Shown one piece after another: positions 1 through 10,684 of a stretch of DNA of 46,387 nucleotides. A program made the translations under genes and the position numbers. Origin of the DNA: Miltoncostaeaceae bacterium (lineage in GTDB: Bacteria > Actinomycetota > Thermoleophilia > Miltoncostaeales > Miltoncostaeaceae); NCBI GenBank assembly GCA_030598395.1, contig JAUVPZ010000001.1, forward strand, positions 1 to 46,387, given 5' to 3'. Position 1 is the stretch's first letter. The number at the start of each line of letters is the position of its first letter. The notes below the pieces were generated by a model. The model had not been told where the DNA came from. It ran no database searches and worked only from the letters and a program-made list of their open reading frames with translations.

Positions 1-1177
1 CCTCGCGCAGCTGGTCGGCTCCGGCGCTGCTGGCCGTGGCAACCTGGTTGACGACGCGGACCAGCTCGAAGACGCTCGCAAACGCCTCGGGGGTCGCGAA
101 GTCGTCGTCGAGAGCCGCAAAGAAGCTTCGTCGCGCCTCCACGACCGCGCCGGCGAGGTCGGCGTCGTAGCCTTCGCCAGCAGTCGCCGCTGCGCGATCG
201 AGCGCGCGCAGGGCGTTGCGCAGCCGTGCGTTCACCGCCTCGGCGTCGGCCAGGCGCTCCTCGGAGAAGGGCAGCCGCGAGCGGTAGTGGCTGGTGAGGA
301 AGTAGGTCAGCACGACCTCTGGGGACCAGCGATCCAGCACGTCGGACAGGGGGGCGATATTGCCCTCGCTCTTGCTCATCTTGTCGCCCGAGAGCTCGAG
401 CATCTCGTTGTGCATCCAGATCTGGGCGAACCGGGTGCCGCTGGCGCCCTCGGACTGGGCGATCTCGTTCTCGTGATGGGGGAACACCAGGTCGATGCCC
501 CCGCCGTGTACCTGGATCTCGTCGCCCAGGACCGCGGCCGCCATGGCCGAGCACTCGACGTGCCAGCCGGGCCGACCCGGCCCCCAGGGCGACTGCCACC
601 AGGTGTCCTCGTCGGGCTTGCGCCCCTTCCACAGGGCGAAGTCGAGGGGGTCCTCCTTGCCCTCGCCGGGCTCGGTGGACTCGAGTTCGTCGGTGCGGCG
701 GCCGCTCAGGCCGCCGTAGCCCGGGAATCCGGCGACGCGGAAGTAGACGTCACCGGCTGCGGCGTACGCCAGCCCCGCCTCGACCAGCCGCCCGATGAGC
801 TCGATGATGTCGGGGATGGAAGTGGTGACACGCGGCTCCAGGTCGGGGCGCCCGAGCCCCAGACGATCGGTGTCGTTGACGTAGGCCTCGCTCATCTCGC
901 GCGCCAGCGCGTCGCTGCCGGTCCCGGCCGCCCGCGCCGCCGCGTAGATCTTGTCGTTGACGTCGGTCAGGTTGGACGCGAGCACGACACGCACGCCGGA
1001 GCGCTCCAGATAGCGCTTCAGCACCAAGAACACCACGTACGGGCGCGCGTTGCCGATGTGGATGCGCGAGTACACGGTGGGCCCGCAGAAATAGATGCGT
1101 ACCGCACCGTCGGGGCCCGTCTGCAGGGGTTCCCTGGCACGACTCAGCGTCGAGTAGAGGTTGATGTCCCCGCTCAC
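1..1177 (-). CDS. cysS: cysteine--tRNA ligase (N-terminal ~390 aa; C-terminus runs off the window)
   Basis: Hand translation of the minus strand from GTG at 1177 gives VSGDINLYSTL...FCGPTVYSRIHIGNARPYV (HIGH-type motif) and ...LELSGDKMSKSEGN (KMSKS). GTGA overlap with the ispF stop. Absent from the ORF track because there is no stop inside the window. Confidence 0.9.
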   Translation of the reverse strand, partial: MSGDINLYSTLSRAREPLQTGPDGAVRIYFCGPTVYSRIHIGNARPYVVFLVLKRYLERSGVRVVLASNLTDVNDKIYAAARAAGTGSDALAREMSEAYVNDTDRLGLGRPDLEPRVTTSIPDIIELIGRLVEAGLAYAAAGDVYFRVAGFPGYGGLSGRRTDELESTEPGEGKEDPLDFALWKGRKPDEDTWWQSPWGPGRPGWHVECSAMAAAVLGDEIQVHGGGIDLVFPHHENEIAQSEGASGTRFAQIWMHNEMLELSGDKMSKSEGNIAPLSDVLDRWSPEVVLTYFLTSHYRSRLPFSEERLADAEAVNARLRNALRALDRAAATAGEGYDADLAGAVVEARRSFFAALDDDFATPEAFASVFELVRVVNQVATASSAGADQLRE

Positions 1178-1650
1178 GACCGCGCCTCGACGAGCGCGAC
1201 GGCCTGGCAGGCGATCCCCTCACCACGGCCCGTGAAGCCCATGCCCTCGCTGGTGGTGGCGTGCACGCTGACCGGCGCGCCGAGGATGTCGCTGAGCGAG
1301 CGCTGCATCGCCTCACGGTAGGGGGCCAGCTTCGGCCGCTCGCACACGGCGACCGCGTGGGCGTTGACCACCGCGTAGCCCTCGGCCTCGACGAGCCGGC
1401 GCACCAGCCGCAGCAGGCGCTCGCCGGGCGCGCCCGCCCACTCGGGCTCGCCCGGCGGGAAGTGGGCCCCGATGTCGGGCAGCCCGGCCGCGGCCAGCAG
1501 CGCGTCGCAGACCGCATGGGCGATCACATCGCCGTCCGAGTGGCCCACCAGGCCCTGGTCGTGATCCACGCGCACGGTGCCCAGCATCAGCTCCCGGCCG
1601 GACCCGAAGCGGTGTGCGTCCAGGCCGGACCCCACGCGCACGCCGCGCAT
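1174..1650 (-). CDS. ispF: 2-C-methyl-D-erythritol 2,4-cyclodiphosphate synthase
   Basis: 3' part of ORF 1174..1878: MRGVRVGSGLDAHRF...GHSDGDVIAHAVCDALLGA-type motifs, typical ~158 aa length. ATG at 1650 overlaps the upstream stop by 1 nt. Confidence 0.9.
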   Translation of the reverse strand: MRGVRVGSGLDAHRFGSGRELMLGTVRVDHDQGLVGHSDGDVIAHAVCDALLAAAGLPDIGAHFPPGEPEWAGAPGERLLRLVRRLVEAEGYAVVNAHAVAVCERPKLAPYREAMQRSLSDILGAPVSVHATTSEGMGFTGRGEGIACQAVALVEARS

Positions 1651-2510
1651 CACCCGAGCGGCACCTGTTCGGCCCGCCGGCCCGCAAAGCGGGTGATCGT
1701 CTGGTAGCCGGCGCTGCGGAGGGCCGCGACCGCCGTCGCGTAGTCGCGGGCGACGTCCTCGGGGCGGTGCGCGTCGCTGGCCAGGGTCACCGGCACGCCC
1801 GCCGCGGCGAACCGGGCGAGCAGGTCGGGGTCCGGATAGAGCTCCCGCACGGGCTTCCGCAGCCCGGCGGACGAGCACTCGATGGCCACCCCGCTCGCGG
1901 CGATGGCGGCGATGGCGTCATCCCAGCGGTCGGGGTGAGCCTCGGGGGCCCGGGTGCCGAACACCTTGGGCAGGTCCGGGTGGGCCAGCACGTCGAACAG
2001 GGCCGACTCCGCCGCCGCGACGAGCTCGCGCAGGTAGGCGTCCCACACCGCCTCGGGGGGATGGTGGTCCCAGGCCGGGTAGTCGGGGTGGTCGACCGCC
2101 AGTTCCTCGATCCAGTGGACGGAGCCGAGGACGAGGTCGAAGGGCCGGGCTGCGATGAACGACCTGATCTCGTCCTGCCGGCGGGGCAGCCAGTCGGCCT
2201 CGAGACCGCACAGCACCGGCAGGCCCCCCTCGTCGCGGGCCGCGACGAGGGCGGCACAGTAGACGTCGACGTCCTCGGTGGCCTCGGCCTGCCACCACGC
2301 GTTGTCGTGCCAGCCGCGCGCCTCTGCGAAGCGGTGGACGTGCTCGGTGATCGCGATCTCGCCGACGGCCCGCGAGCGAGCGCGGTCGACGTAGCGGCCG
2401 ATCCACGCCGGCGACAGGTGCCCGCCGTCCGCGTCCCAGCCGGCGTGCGCGGCCGCGGCGCGCGCGTGCACGCCGTCCGGCTGCAGGTGCATGTGGTAGT
2501 CGGTCAGCAC
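1650..2510 (-). CDS. PHP-domain phosphoesterase, histidinol-phosphatase (HisJ/HisK) family-like
   Basis: ORF 1650..2510: MLTDYHMHLQPDG...ITEHVHRF...LGSVHW...LAHPDL...ASDAHRPEDV, the His/Asp metal-ligand pattern of PHP hydrolases. Confidence 0.75.
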   Translation of the reverse strand: MLTDYHMHLQPDGVHARAAAAHAGWDADGGHLSPAWIGRYVDRARSRAVGEIAITEHVHRFAEARGWHDNAWWQAEATEDVDVYCAALVAARDEGGLPVLCGLEADWLPRRQDEIRSFIAARPFDLVLGSVHWIEELAVDHPDYPAWDHHPPEAVWDAYLRELVAAAESALFDVLAHPDLPKVFGTRAPEAHPDRWDDAIAAIAASGVAIECSSAGLRKPVRELYPDPDLLARFAAAGVPVTLASDAHRPEDVARDYATAVAALRSAGYQTITRFAGRRAEQVPLG

Positions 2511-2523
2511 GCCGCGCGGCAGG

Positions 2524-3219
2524 TTATTGCGCCGCAGCTCGCCCTTCCAGCAGCCACGCCGCCAGCGCCAGGTCGCTGGGGGTCGTGACCTTGGGATTCG
2601 GCGCCGCGCTGGGCACCAGGCGCACCGCGCCCCCAGCCGCCTCGACCAGCGACGCGCAGTCGGTGGCGTCGTCGAGCCAGCCCTCGGCCTCGGCCATGGC
2701 CACGGCGGCCCGCAGGGACTCGGTCAGGAACGCCTGGGGCGTCTGCGCCGCCCACAGCCCAGCGCGCTCGACGGTGGCCGTGATGGTCATGTCCTGGCTG
2801 CCCTGCTTGAGCGTGTCGGCAACCGGGACGGCCGCGATCGCACCGTCGACCCCGTCGACCGCGGCGAGCACCGCGTCGGCCAGGGACGGGGTCACCAGCG
2901 GGCGGGCGGCGTCGTGCACGAGCACGCGCGCCACCCCGGGCGCCACCGCGGCGAGCCCGGCGCGCACCGAGCCGGCGCGGCTGGCCCCGCCAGGCACCAC
3001 GCGCAGGTGAGGCACCGCCGCGCCGAGGGCGATCTCGGTGTCGCCAGCGCGCCCGCGCGGCGCGGCCACGACGATCTGCCCCACGGCCTCGCACGCCTCC
3101 AGGGCGTCGATGCTCCAGGCCAGCATCGGGCGCCCAACCAGGGGGATGAGCGCCTTGGGCATCCCCGCGCCCATGCGCGTTCCGGCACCCGCGGCGACGA
3201 TGATGGCAGCAGCTAACAT
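2524..3219 (-). CDS. ispD: 2-C-methyl-D-erythritol 4-phosphate cytidylyltransferase
   Basis: ORF 2524..3219: MLAAAIIVAAGAGTRMG...HDAARP...TLK..QTPQ motifs. Codon 2 is TTA (plus-strand taa at 3214-3216). Confidence 0.9.
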   Translation of the reverse strand: MLAAAIIVAAGAGTRMGAGMPKALIPLVGRPMLAWSIDALEACEAVGQIVVAAPRGRAGDTEIALGAAVPHLRVVPGGASRAGSVRAGLAAVAPGVARVLVHDAARPLVTPSLADAVLAAVDGVDGAIAAVPVADTLKQGSQDMTITATVERAGLWAAQTPQAFLTESLRAAVAMAEAEGWLDDATDCASLVEAAGGAVRLVPSAAPNPKVTTPSDLALAAWLLEGRAAAQ

Positions 3220-3264
3220 GCGGTTCTGGCGCCGTTCGATTGCTCCGGGGGTTCCGATCGGGAC

Positions 3265-3495
3265 GTGCGGGCGCCGATGTTAGAGGTGATGATCCCGCCG
3301 GTCGGCGATGGATCGGGCACCCCTGCCCCGGAGCTCACCACCTCCGAGGAGGTGCAGACGCGTGCCCGCTGGCTGGACTCGATGGATCCCGCCGCCGGGG
3401 AGTCGCTGCTCGACCTGCCGCTGGCGGAGCTGGAGTTGCTGTTCGCGGCATGGCTGGACCCGCCGGACGCGGCGGGAGACGATCCCGCCGAGTGA
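3265..3495 (+). CDS. small acidic hypothetical protein (68-76 aa; the most likely start is ATG 3289, preceded by AGAGG)
   Basis: ORF 3265..3495 with high third-position GC. Its stop overlaps the GTG start of the DUF72 gene (GTGA at 3492-3495). No recognisable domain. Confidence 0.45.
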   Translation: MRAPMLEVMIPPVGDGSGTPAPELTTSEEVQTRARWLDSMDPAAGESLLDLPLAELELLFAAWLDPPDAAGDDPAE

Positions 3496-4211
3496 GCCTG
3501 CACGTCGGGACCTCTGGATGGGCGTACCGGGAATGGAAGCCGGCCTTCTACCCTGCCGACCTGCCCCAGCGCAGCTTCCTGGAGCACTACGGGCGGGCGC
3601 TGGGCGCCTGCGAGATCAACGCCACCCACTACCGCCTGCAGTCCGACGAGGCGGTGGCGCGCTGGGCCGCCGCTACGCCGGCCTCCTTCCGCTTCGCCGC
3701 CAAGGCCCATCGCCGCCTCACCCACGGAAGCACCCTGCCGCCCGAGGACGGGGGCGGGCTGTTCCTCGAGCGCTTCCTCGACTCGCTGGCGCCGCTGGGA
3801 CACCGCCTGGGGGCCGTGCTGCTGCAGTTCCCGCCGCGCCGAGCGCGCGACGACGCGACACTCGACGCCCTGCTGGGCTGCCTTCCGCGCGGGCTGCCGT
3901 TCGCGATGGAGTTCCGCCACGACTCGTGGGACGCGCCCGGCGTCGAACAGCGCGTGGCGGCCGCCGGCGGCACCGTGTGCGTGGGCGAGACGAGAGGAAG
4001 GGTGCTCCCCCGACTGCCCGACGGGCCCCTCGGGTACGTGAGGCTGCGCAGCGACCGCTACTCGGACGCGGCCCGCGACGGCTGGCGCGAGCTGCTGGAG
4101 CGGGAGGCCGCCGAGCGCCCGGTGTACGCCTTCGCCAAGCACGAAGGCATCCCGGCGGGCGATCCGTACGGCGGGGTTGGCCTCGCCCAGTGGCTGGTGG
4201 CAGAGACCTGA
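3492..4211 (+). CDS. DUF72 (YecE-like) family protein
   Basis: 3' part of ORF 3240..4211 from GTG 3492: VSLHVGTSGWAYREWKPAFYP...INATHYRL...FAAKAHRRLTH...LLQFPP, a typical DUF72 signature. Confidence 0.8.
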   Translation: MSLHVGTSGWAYREWKPAFYPADLPQRSFLEHYGRALGACEINATHYRLQSDEAVARWAAATPASFRFAAKAHRRLTHGSTLPPEDGGGLFLERFLDSLAPLGHRLGAVLLQFPPRRARDDATLDALLGCLPRGLPFAMEFRHDSWDAPGVEQRVAAAGGTVCVGETRGRVLPRLPDGPLGYVRLRSDRYSDAARDGWRELLEREAAERPVYAFAKHEGIPAGDPYGGVGLAQWLVAET

Positions 4212-4229
4212 GGCCGGCGCGGGCCGCGC

Positions 4230-5276
4230 TCAGGGCCCGTCCGTCGCCGCGGCCAGGCGGGTGAAGATCATCTTGCCCGAGGGCTGCTGGAGCACGCGGG
4301 TGACCTCAACCTGCACCTCGCGGCCCACCTGCTTGCCGCCGCCCTCGACCACGATCATCGTGCCGTCGTCCAGGTAGCCCACGCCCTGGTCGAACTCCTT
4401 GCCCTCGCGGACGATCTTCACGCGGATGGGCTCTCCCGGAAGCACCGCCGGCCGGAGCGCGTTGGCCAGCTCGTTGACGTTGAGCACCTCGACGCCCTGG
4501 ATCTCGGCGACCTTGTTCAGGTTGTAGTCGGTGGTCACGATGGCCGCACCCACGTCCTGGGCCATGCGCACCAGCTTGGCATCCACCCCGATCGCGTCCG
4601 GGTAATCGCCGTCGCGTACCGAGAACCCGCCGTTGGCACTCGACTTCAGCTCCTGCACCAGGTCGAGGCCGCGCCGGCCGCGAGCTCGCCTGAGGTCGTC
4701 GCTGCTGTCGGCGATCTGCTGCAGCTCGTCCAGCACGAACTCGGGCACCACCAGCGGCCCTGTGAGGAAACGCGTGCGCACCACGTCGACCAGCCGTCCG
4801 TCGATGATGGCGCTGGTGTCGATGAGCCGGGGCGACGTGTCGGGCTTTCGCGAGCGCACGCCCACCAGGCGAAGGATGTCCACGTGCCGGCGCGCCGCGA
4901 TGCGGCTGAACAGGAACGCCACCAGCAGCACCACCGGCAGCAGCAGGTAGGGACCGATGATGGGCAGCTGGAGGATGGCGACGCCGGCAAGCACCGCTGC
5001 GATGAGCCCCAGCACCAGCCCGAGCGCCCCCACGGTGAGCTCGGCCGCCGAGCGACGGTCGGCCGCACGGTCGAGCGCCCGGATGCGGTCGCGCATCAGA
5101 TGGCCGAGGAAGCCGCCGATGAACCACCCGACGAGGGCGGCGGCCGCGGTGATGGCAGCCCACACCAGGTAGTGCCAGGGGGACGTCACCCAGCTCATGG
5201 GGTCGAGGGACGCCACGAGCTGGAAGGCGCCGAGCCCCGCCAGCAGCGCCAGGACGACGCGGGTTCCGATGATCAT
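4230..5276 (-). CDS. PIN/TRAM domain membrane protein (YacL-like)
   Basis: ORF 4230..5414. Start placed at ATG 5276 (MIIGTRVVLALLAG..., N-terminal TM helices), followed by a PIN-like region (LIDTSAIIDGR...VPEFVLDELQ...TTDYNLNKVA) and a C-terminal TRAM-like beta region. Confidence 0.8.
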   Translation of the reverse strand: MIIGTRVVLALLAGLGAFQLVASLDPMSWVTSPWHYLVWAAITAAAALVGWFIGGFLGHLMRDRIRALDRAADRRSAAELTVGALGLVLGLIAAVLAGVAILQLPIIGPYLLLPVVLLVAFLFSRIAARRHVDILRLVGVRSRKPDTSPRLIDTSAIIDGRLVDVVRTRFLTGPLVVPEFVLDELQQIADSSDDLRRARGRRGLDLVQELKSSANGGFSVRDGDYPDAIGVDAKLVRMAQDVGAAIVTTDYNLNKVAEIQGVEVLNVNELANALRPAVLPGEPIRVKIVREGKEFDQGVGYLDDGTMIVVEGGGKQVGREVQVEVTRVLQQPSGKMIFTRLAAATDGP

Positions 5277-5504
5277 CCTGCCCGCCCCCCGGCGGGCGCC
5301 CGCGGGGCCGGCAGCACGTCGTGGGGCGACCCACGCGATGGCCACGCCACTGCGGGCTGGCGACGGCTCATTGGTCCCCTCGTGCTTCGGCTCCCCGGCG
5401 CCGCGCGTCGGCAAGCGTGTCAGGGGAAGTGTAGTGCCCTGCGCCTGAGGTGTCTCGCGACCCGGCCGCGCGCGAACCCTGCGACCGACCCCCGCCCGGG
5501 GGCG

Positions 5505-6082
5505 TCAGTCGACCAGCGCGGTGGCGCCCCGATCGCCGGTGACCTCGCCGTCGGCGAGGCGGCGCTGGCCGATCTCGGTGAGGAGGCCATCGAGGTACTC
5601 GGCGGCCTCGTCCTCGCTGATGTCGCGGGCGTACATCAGCTCGCTTGCGAGGATCTTCTTCGCCCGGCCGAACATCTGCTTCTCGCCGGTGGACAGACCC
5701 TTGTCGAGATCACGGATGGAGAGGTTGCGCACCACCTCGGCCAGCTCGTAGATGTCGCCGGTCTTCATCTTGTCGCGGTTGTGCTTGAAGCGGCGGTTCC
5801 AGTTCTTCGGCATCTGGCTGCCGTCGTCGTGCAGGACGGCGACCACGTCCTCGACCGCCTCCTGGGAGATGACCCTGCGCAGGCCCGCCCTGGCGGCGTT
5901 CTCGGTGGGCACCATGACCGTCATCTCGTTGTACAGGATCTGGATGGTCAGGTACTCGCGACGCTGCCCAAGGACGTCCTTGACCCCCTTCTTCAGGATG
6001 ATCCCGGCGCCATGGTGCGGATAAACGACCTTGTCACCGACCTCGTACACGGGCTCCCCCCGATCGTTGCTGGACACGACGC

Positions 6083-6086
<4 letters not shown>
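5505..6086 (-). CDS. carD: CarD family transcriptional regulator (RNA polymerase-binding)
   Basis: 3' part of ORF 5505..6584 from ATG 6086: MSVVSSNDRGEPVYEVGDKVVYPHHGAG...YLTIQ...MTVMVP. ATGA overlap with the radA stop. Confidence 0.9.
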
Positions 6087-7444
<1,358 letters not shown>

Positions 7445-7474
7445 TCAGCTCCCCGTCGCGCCGCTGACCGCGAC

Positions 7475-9976
7475 CTACGAGCCGGACCCGCTGGGGCCCT
7501 CGTCGCCTCCCGCAGCCGCGCCGACCAGCTCGCCGTCGGGGTCCTTGAGCGTGAGTTTGACCTCTTCGCCGTCGCGTTCGACGACCACGGTGGAGCCCTC
7601 CTTGTAGCCGCCGGCCAGGATCTGATCGGACAGCGGGTCCTCCACGAGGCGCTGGATGGCGCGGCGCAACGGCCGCGCTCCCATGGTGGGGTCGTAGCCC
7701 TGCTCGACCAGCAGCGCCTTGGCCTCGTCGGTGAGCTGGAGCGCCAGGCCGTGCTCGGTCATCTGGCTCTGCAGCCGCACCAGGAGCAGATCGACGATCT
7801 CGGTGATCTCCTCCTTCGTGAGCTTGTGGAACACGATGATCTCGTCGATGCGGTTGAGCAGCTCGGGGCGGAACACCCGCTTGAGCTCGCCCATGATGCG
7901 CGACTTCATGTCCTCGTAGCTGAGACCGTCCTCGTCGCTGACCGAGAAGCCCAGCGGCGTGTCGCGCGAGATGGTGGCCGCGCCGATGTTGGACGTCATG
8001 ATGAGGATGGCGTTGCGGAAGTCGACCGAGCGGCCCTGGGCGTCGGTGAGGCGCCCGTCCTCCATGATCTGGAGGAGGATGTTGAACACCTCGGGGTGGG
8101 CCTTCTCGACCTCGTCGAGCAGCACCACGCTGTAGGGCTTGCGCCGCACCTGCTCGGTGAGCTGGCCGCCCTCGTCGTAGCCGATGTAGCCCGGGGGCGA
8201 GCCCACCAGGCGGCTGACCGCGTGCTTCTCCATGTACTCGGACATGTCGACCTGGATCAGCGCGTCCTCGTCGCCGAACAGGAACTCGGCCAGGGTGCGC
8301 GCCAGCTCGGTCTTGCCGACGCCCGAGGGGCCGAGGAAGATGAACGAGCCGGCGGGGCGCTTGGGGTCCTTGATGCCGGCGCGGGCGCGGCGGATGGCCT
8401 TGGAAACGGCCTCGATGGCCTGCTCCTGCCCGATGACCCGCTTGTGCAGCTCTTCCTCCATGCGCAGCAGCTTCTGCGTCTCGGCCTCGGTGAGCTTGAA
8501 CACCGGGATGCCGGTCCACATGGAGACGATGTCGGCGATCTCCTCCTCGCCGATCTGCGCCCGCGGACCGTCATCGTCGGACTTCCACTCCTCCTCGAGC
8601 TCGCGCTTGCGGTTGGTGAGCTTGCGCTCCTTGTCGCGCAGCTTCGCCGCCTTCTCGAACTCCTGCGCCTCGATGGCGGCTTCCTTGTCCTTGCGGACCG
8701 TGTCGATCTCGCCCTCGAGCTCGCGGTAGCTGGGCGGGGCCGTCATGGTCTTGATGCGCATGCGCGAGGCCGCCTCGTCGATGAGGTCGATGGCCTTGTC
8801 GGGCAGGAAGCGGTCGGCGATGTAGCGGTCGGCGAGGTTGGCCGCTGCCCCCAGCGCCTCGTCGGTGATCTCCACCTTGTGGTGCTCCTCGTAGCGGTCG
8901 CGCAGCCCGCGCAGGATCTGTTCGGTCTCCTCCTGGGAGGGCTCGTTGACGCGGATCTGCTGGAAGCGGCGCTCGAGCGCGGAGTCGCGCTCCAGATACT
9001 TGCGATACTCGTCGAGCGTGGTGGCGCCCACGGTCTGCAGCTCGCCGCGCGCCAGCGCCGGCTTGAGGATGGAGGCGGCGTCGATGGCGCCCTCGGCCGC
9101 GCCGGCGCCCACCAGGTTGTGCAGCTCGTCGATGAACAGGATGATGTCGCCGCGCTGGGTGATCTCCTTCATCACCTTCTTGAGGCGCTCCTCGAACTCG
9201 CCGCGGTACTTGCTGCCGGCCACCAGCGCCGCGAGGTCGAGCGTGTAGATCTGCTTGTTCTTGAGCAGCTCCGGCACCTGGCCGGACGCGATGCTCTGGG
9301 CCAGCCCCTCGACCACGGCGGTCTTGCCGACGCCCGGCTCGCCGATGAGCACGGGGTTGTTCTTGGTGCGCCGCGAGAGGATCTGCATGACCCGCTCGAT
9401 CTCGGTGGTGCGCCCCACGACCGGGTCGAGCTTGCCGTCGCTGGCCAGCTTGGTGAGGTTGCGACCGAACTGGTCGAGCAGCTTGCTGGACTTCTTGTCG
9501 CCCGGCTGCCCGCTGCCCGAGCCGCCGCCCTGGCGCCGGCCGGGGCCGGACAGCATGCGGATGATCTCGTTGCGGATCTTCTCGGAGTCGGCGTCGAAGT
9601 CGGCCAGGATGCGGGCCGCCACGCCCTCGTTCTCGCGGACCAGGCCCAAGAGGATGTGCTCGGTGCCGATGTAGTTGTGGCCCAGCGACAGCGCCTCGCG
9701 CAGCGCCAGCTCGAGCACCTTCTTGGCGCGCGGCGTGAAGGGGATCTGCCCGGAGGTGACCTCCTCCCCGGACCCGACGATGCGGATGACCTGGGCGCGG
9801 ACCTCCTCGACGGTGATCTCGAGCCCCTCGAGCACCCGTGCGGCCAGGCCCTCCTCCTCGCGGAGCAGGCCCAAGAGGACGTGCTCGGTGCCGATGTAGT
9901 TGTGCTTGAGGGTGCGCGCCTCCTCCTGCGCCAGGACCACGACCTGCCGCGCGCGCTCGGTGAACCGTTCAAACAT
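7475..9976 (-). CDS. clpC: ATP-dependent Clp protease ATP-binding subunit ClpC
   Basis: ORF 7475..9976, 833 aa: N-terminal Clp repeats ([13 protein letters not shown]...), two AAA+ P-loops ([16 protein letters not shown]). Strong SD GGGAGGGGA upstream. Confidence 0.95.
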   Translation of the reverse strand: MFERFTERARQVVVLAQEEARTLKHNYIGTEHVLLGLLREEEGLAARVLEGLEITVEEVRAQVIRIVGSGEEVTSGQIPFTPRAKKVLELALREALSLGHNYIGTEHILLGLVRENEGVAARILADFDADSEKIRNEIIRMLSGPGRRQGGGSGSGQPGDKKSSKLLDQFGRNLTKLASDGKLDPVVGRTTEIERVMQILSRRTKNNPVLIGEPGVGKTAVVEGLAQSIASGQVPELLKNKQIYTLDLAALVAGSKYRGEFEERLKKVMKEITQRGDIILFIDELHNLVGAGAAEGAIDAASILKPALARGELQTVGATTLDEYRKYLERDSALERRFQQIRVNEPSQEETEQILRGLRDRYEEHHKVEITDEALGAAANLADRYIADRFLPDKAIDLIDEAASRMRIKTMTAPPSYRELEGEIDTVRKDKEAAIEAQEFEKAAKLRDKERKLTNRKRELEEEWKSDDDGPRAQIGEEEIADIVSMWTGIPVFKLTEAETQKLLRMEEELHKRVIGQEQAIEAVSKAIRRARAGIKDPKRPAGSFIFLGPSGVGKTELARTLAEFLFGDEDALIQVDMSEYMEKHAVSRLVGSPPGYIGYDEGGQLTEQVRRKPYSVVLLDEVEKAHPEVFNILLQIMEDGRLTDAQGRSVDFRNAILIMTSNIGAATISRDTPLGFSVSDEDGLSYEDMKSRIMGELKRVFRPELLNRIDEIIVFHKLTKEEITEIVDLLLVRLQSQMTEHGLALQLTDEAKALLVEQGYDPTMGARPLRRAIQRLVEDPLSDQILAGGYKEGSTVVVERDGEEVKLTLKDPDGELVGAAAGGDEGPSGSGS

Positions 9977-10302
9977 CGGATCCCCTCCCTCTCACCCGCG
10001 CGCGGTGCGACCGCCGCCGGCGGCCAGACGTTGCGACGAGGTGGGTTGCACGGTGTGGGACATCGGGGTGACGAAGGCCACGAATGCCGCCGAAGGAGCT
10101 GCTTCCAGCCGCCGAGACCGGCGAGTGTAGCAGCGGGTCCGCTGGCTGCCCTCTCCCATCGGCAACGAGGATCACGCTATGAATCCTCGCGACCGGGAGC
10201 CGCCGCACAACCCCCCGAACGGCCAGCCTGGACCCCATGCGCCGACCGTCCTGGGAGCCTCGTCCCGCATGCCGAAAGTATGGCAGCCGTGGCGGATGAC
10301 GG

Positions 10303-10316
10303 CCCCCGCGCGGGGG
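10303..10316 (-). terminator. GC palindrome CCCCCGCGCGGGGG about 28 nt downstream of the rpsR stop; candidate terminator hairpin without a U tract
   Basis: Read directly from the sequence at 10303-10316. Confidence 0.3.
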
Positions 10317-10344
10317 TGTCGCGAAAAGCCCTGCTCCCCCGGAG

Positions 10345-10617
10345 CTACTGCCGGACGCGGCGGTCGTGGTCGGGGTAGATCAGCAGCCCCATCGTGCGGG
10401 CGCGCTTGACCGCGCGGGCCACCTGCGACTGCTGCTTGCGCGACAGGCCGGTGATGCGGCGCGAGCGGATCTTGCCGCGCTCGCTCACGAAGCGGCGCAG
10501 GGCCGGGTAGTTCTTCCAGTCGAGCTCCTCGGCCGGAAGCAGGGGCCGCCGCCTGCGCTGCGCAGGGGCGCTGGACCGCTTCTTCTTGCCGCGCTGACGG
10601 CCGCGTGGCTTGGCCAA
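10345..10617 (-). CDS. rpsR: 30S ribosomal protein S18 (Cys-less, C-minus type), TTG start
   Basis: ORF 10345..10617: ...LRRFVSERGKIRSRRITGLSRKQQSQVARAVKRARTMGLL. No CxxC motif. SD GGGAGGA lies 4-5 nt before the TTG. Confidence 0.88.
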   Translation of the reverse strand: MAKPRGRQRGKKKRSSAPAQRRRRPLLPAEELDWKNYPALRRFVSERGKIRSRRITGLSRKQQSQVARAVKRARTMGLLIYPDHDRRVRQ

Positions 10618-10684
10618 GTGTCCTCCCGTGGGACGCGTCGGGACCGGCGGAGCACTTTAGCGCGGCGCCGGCGAAATGTCCCGT

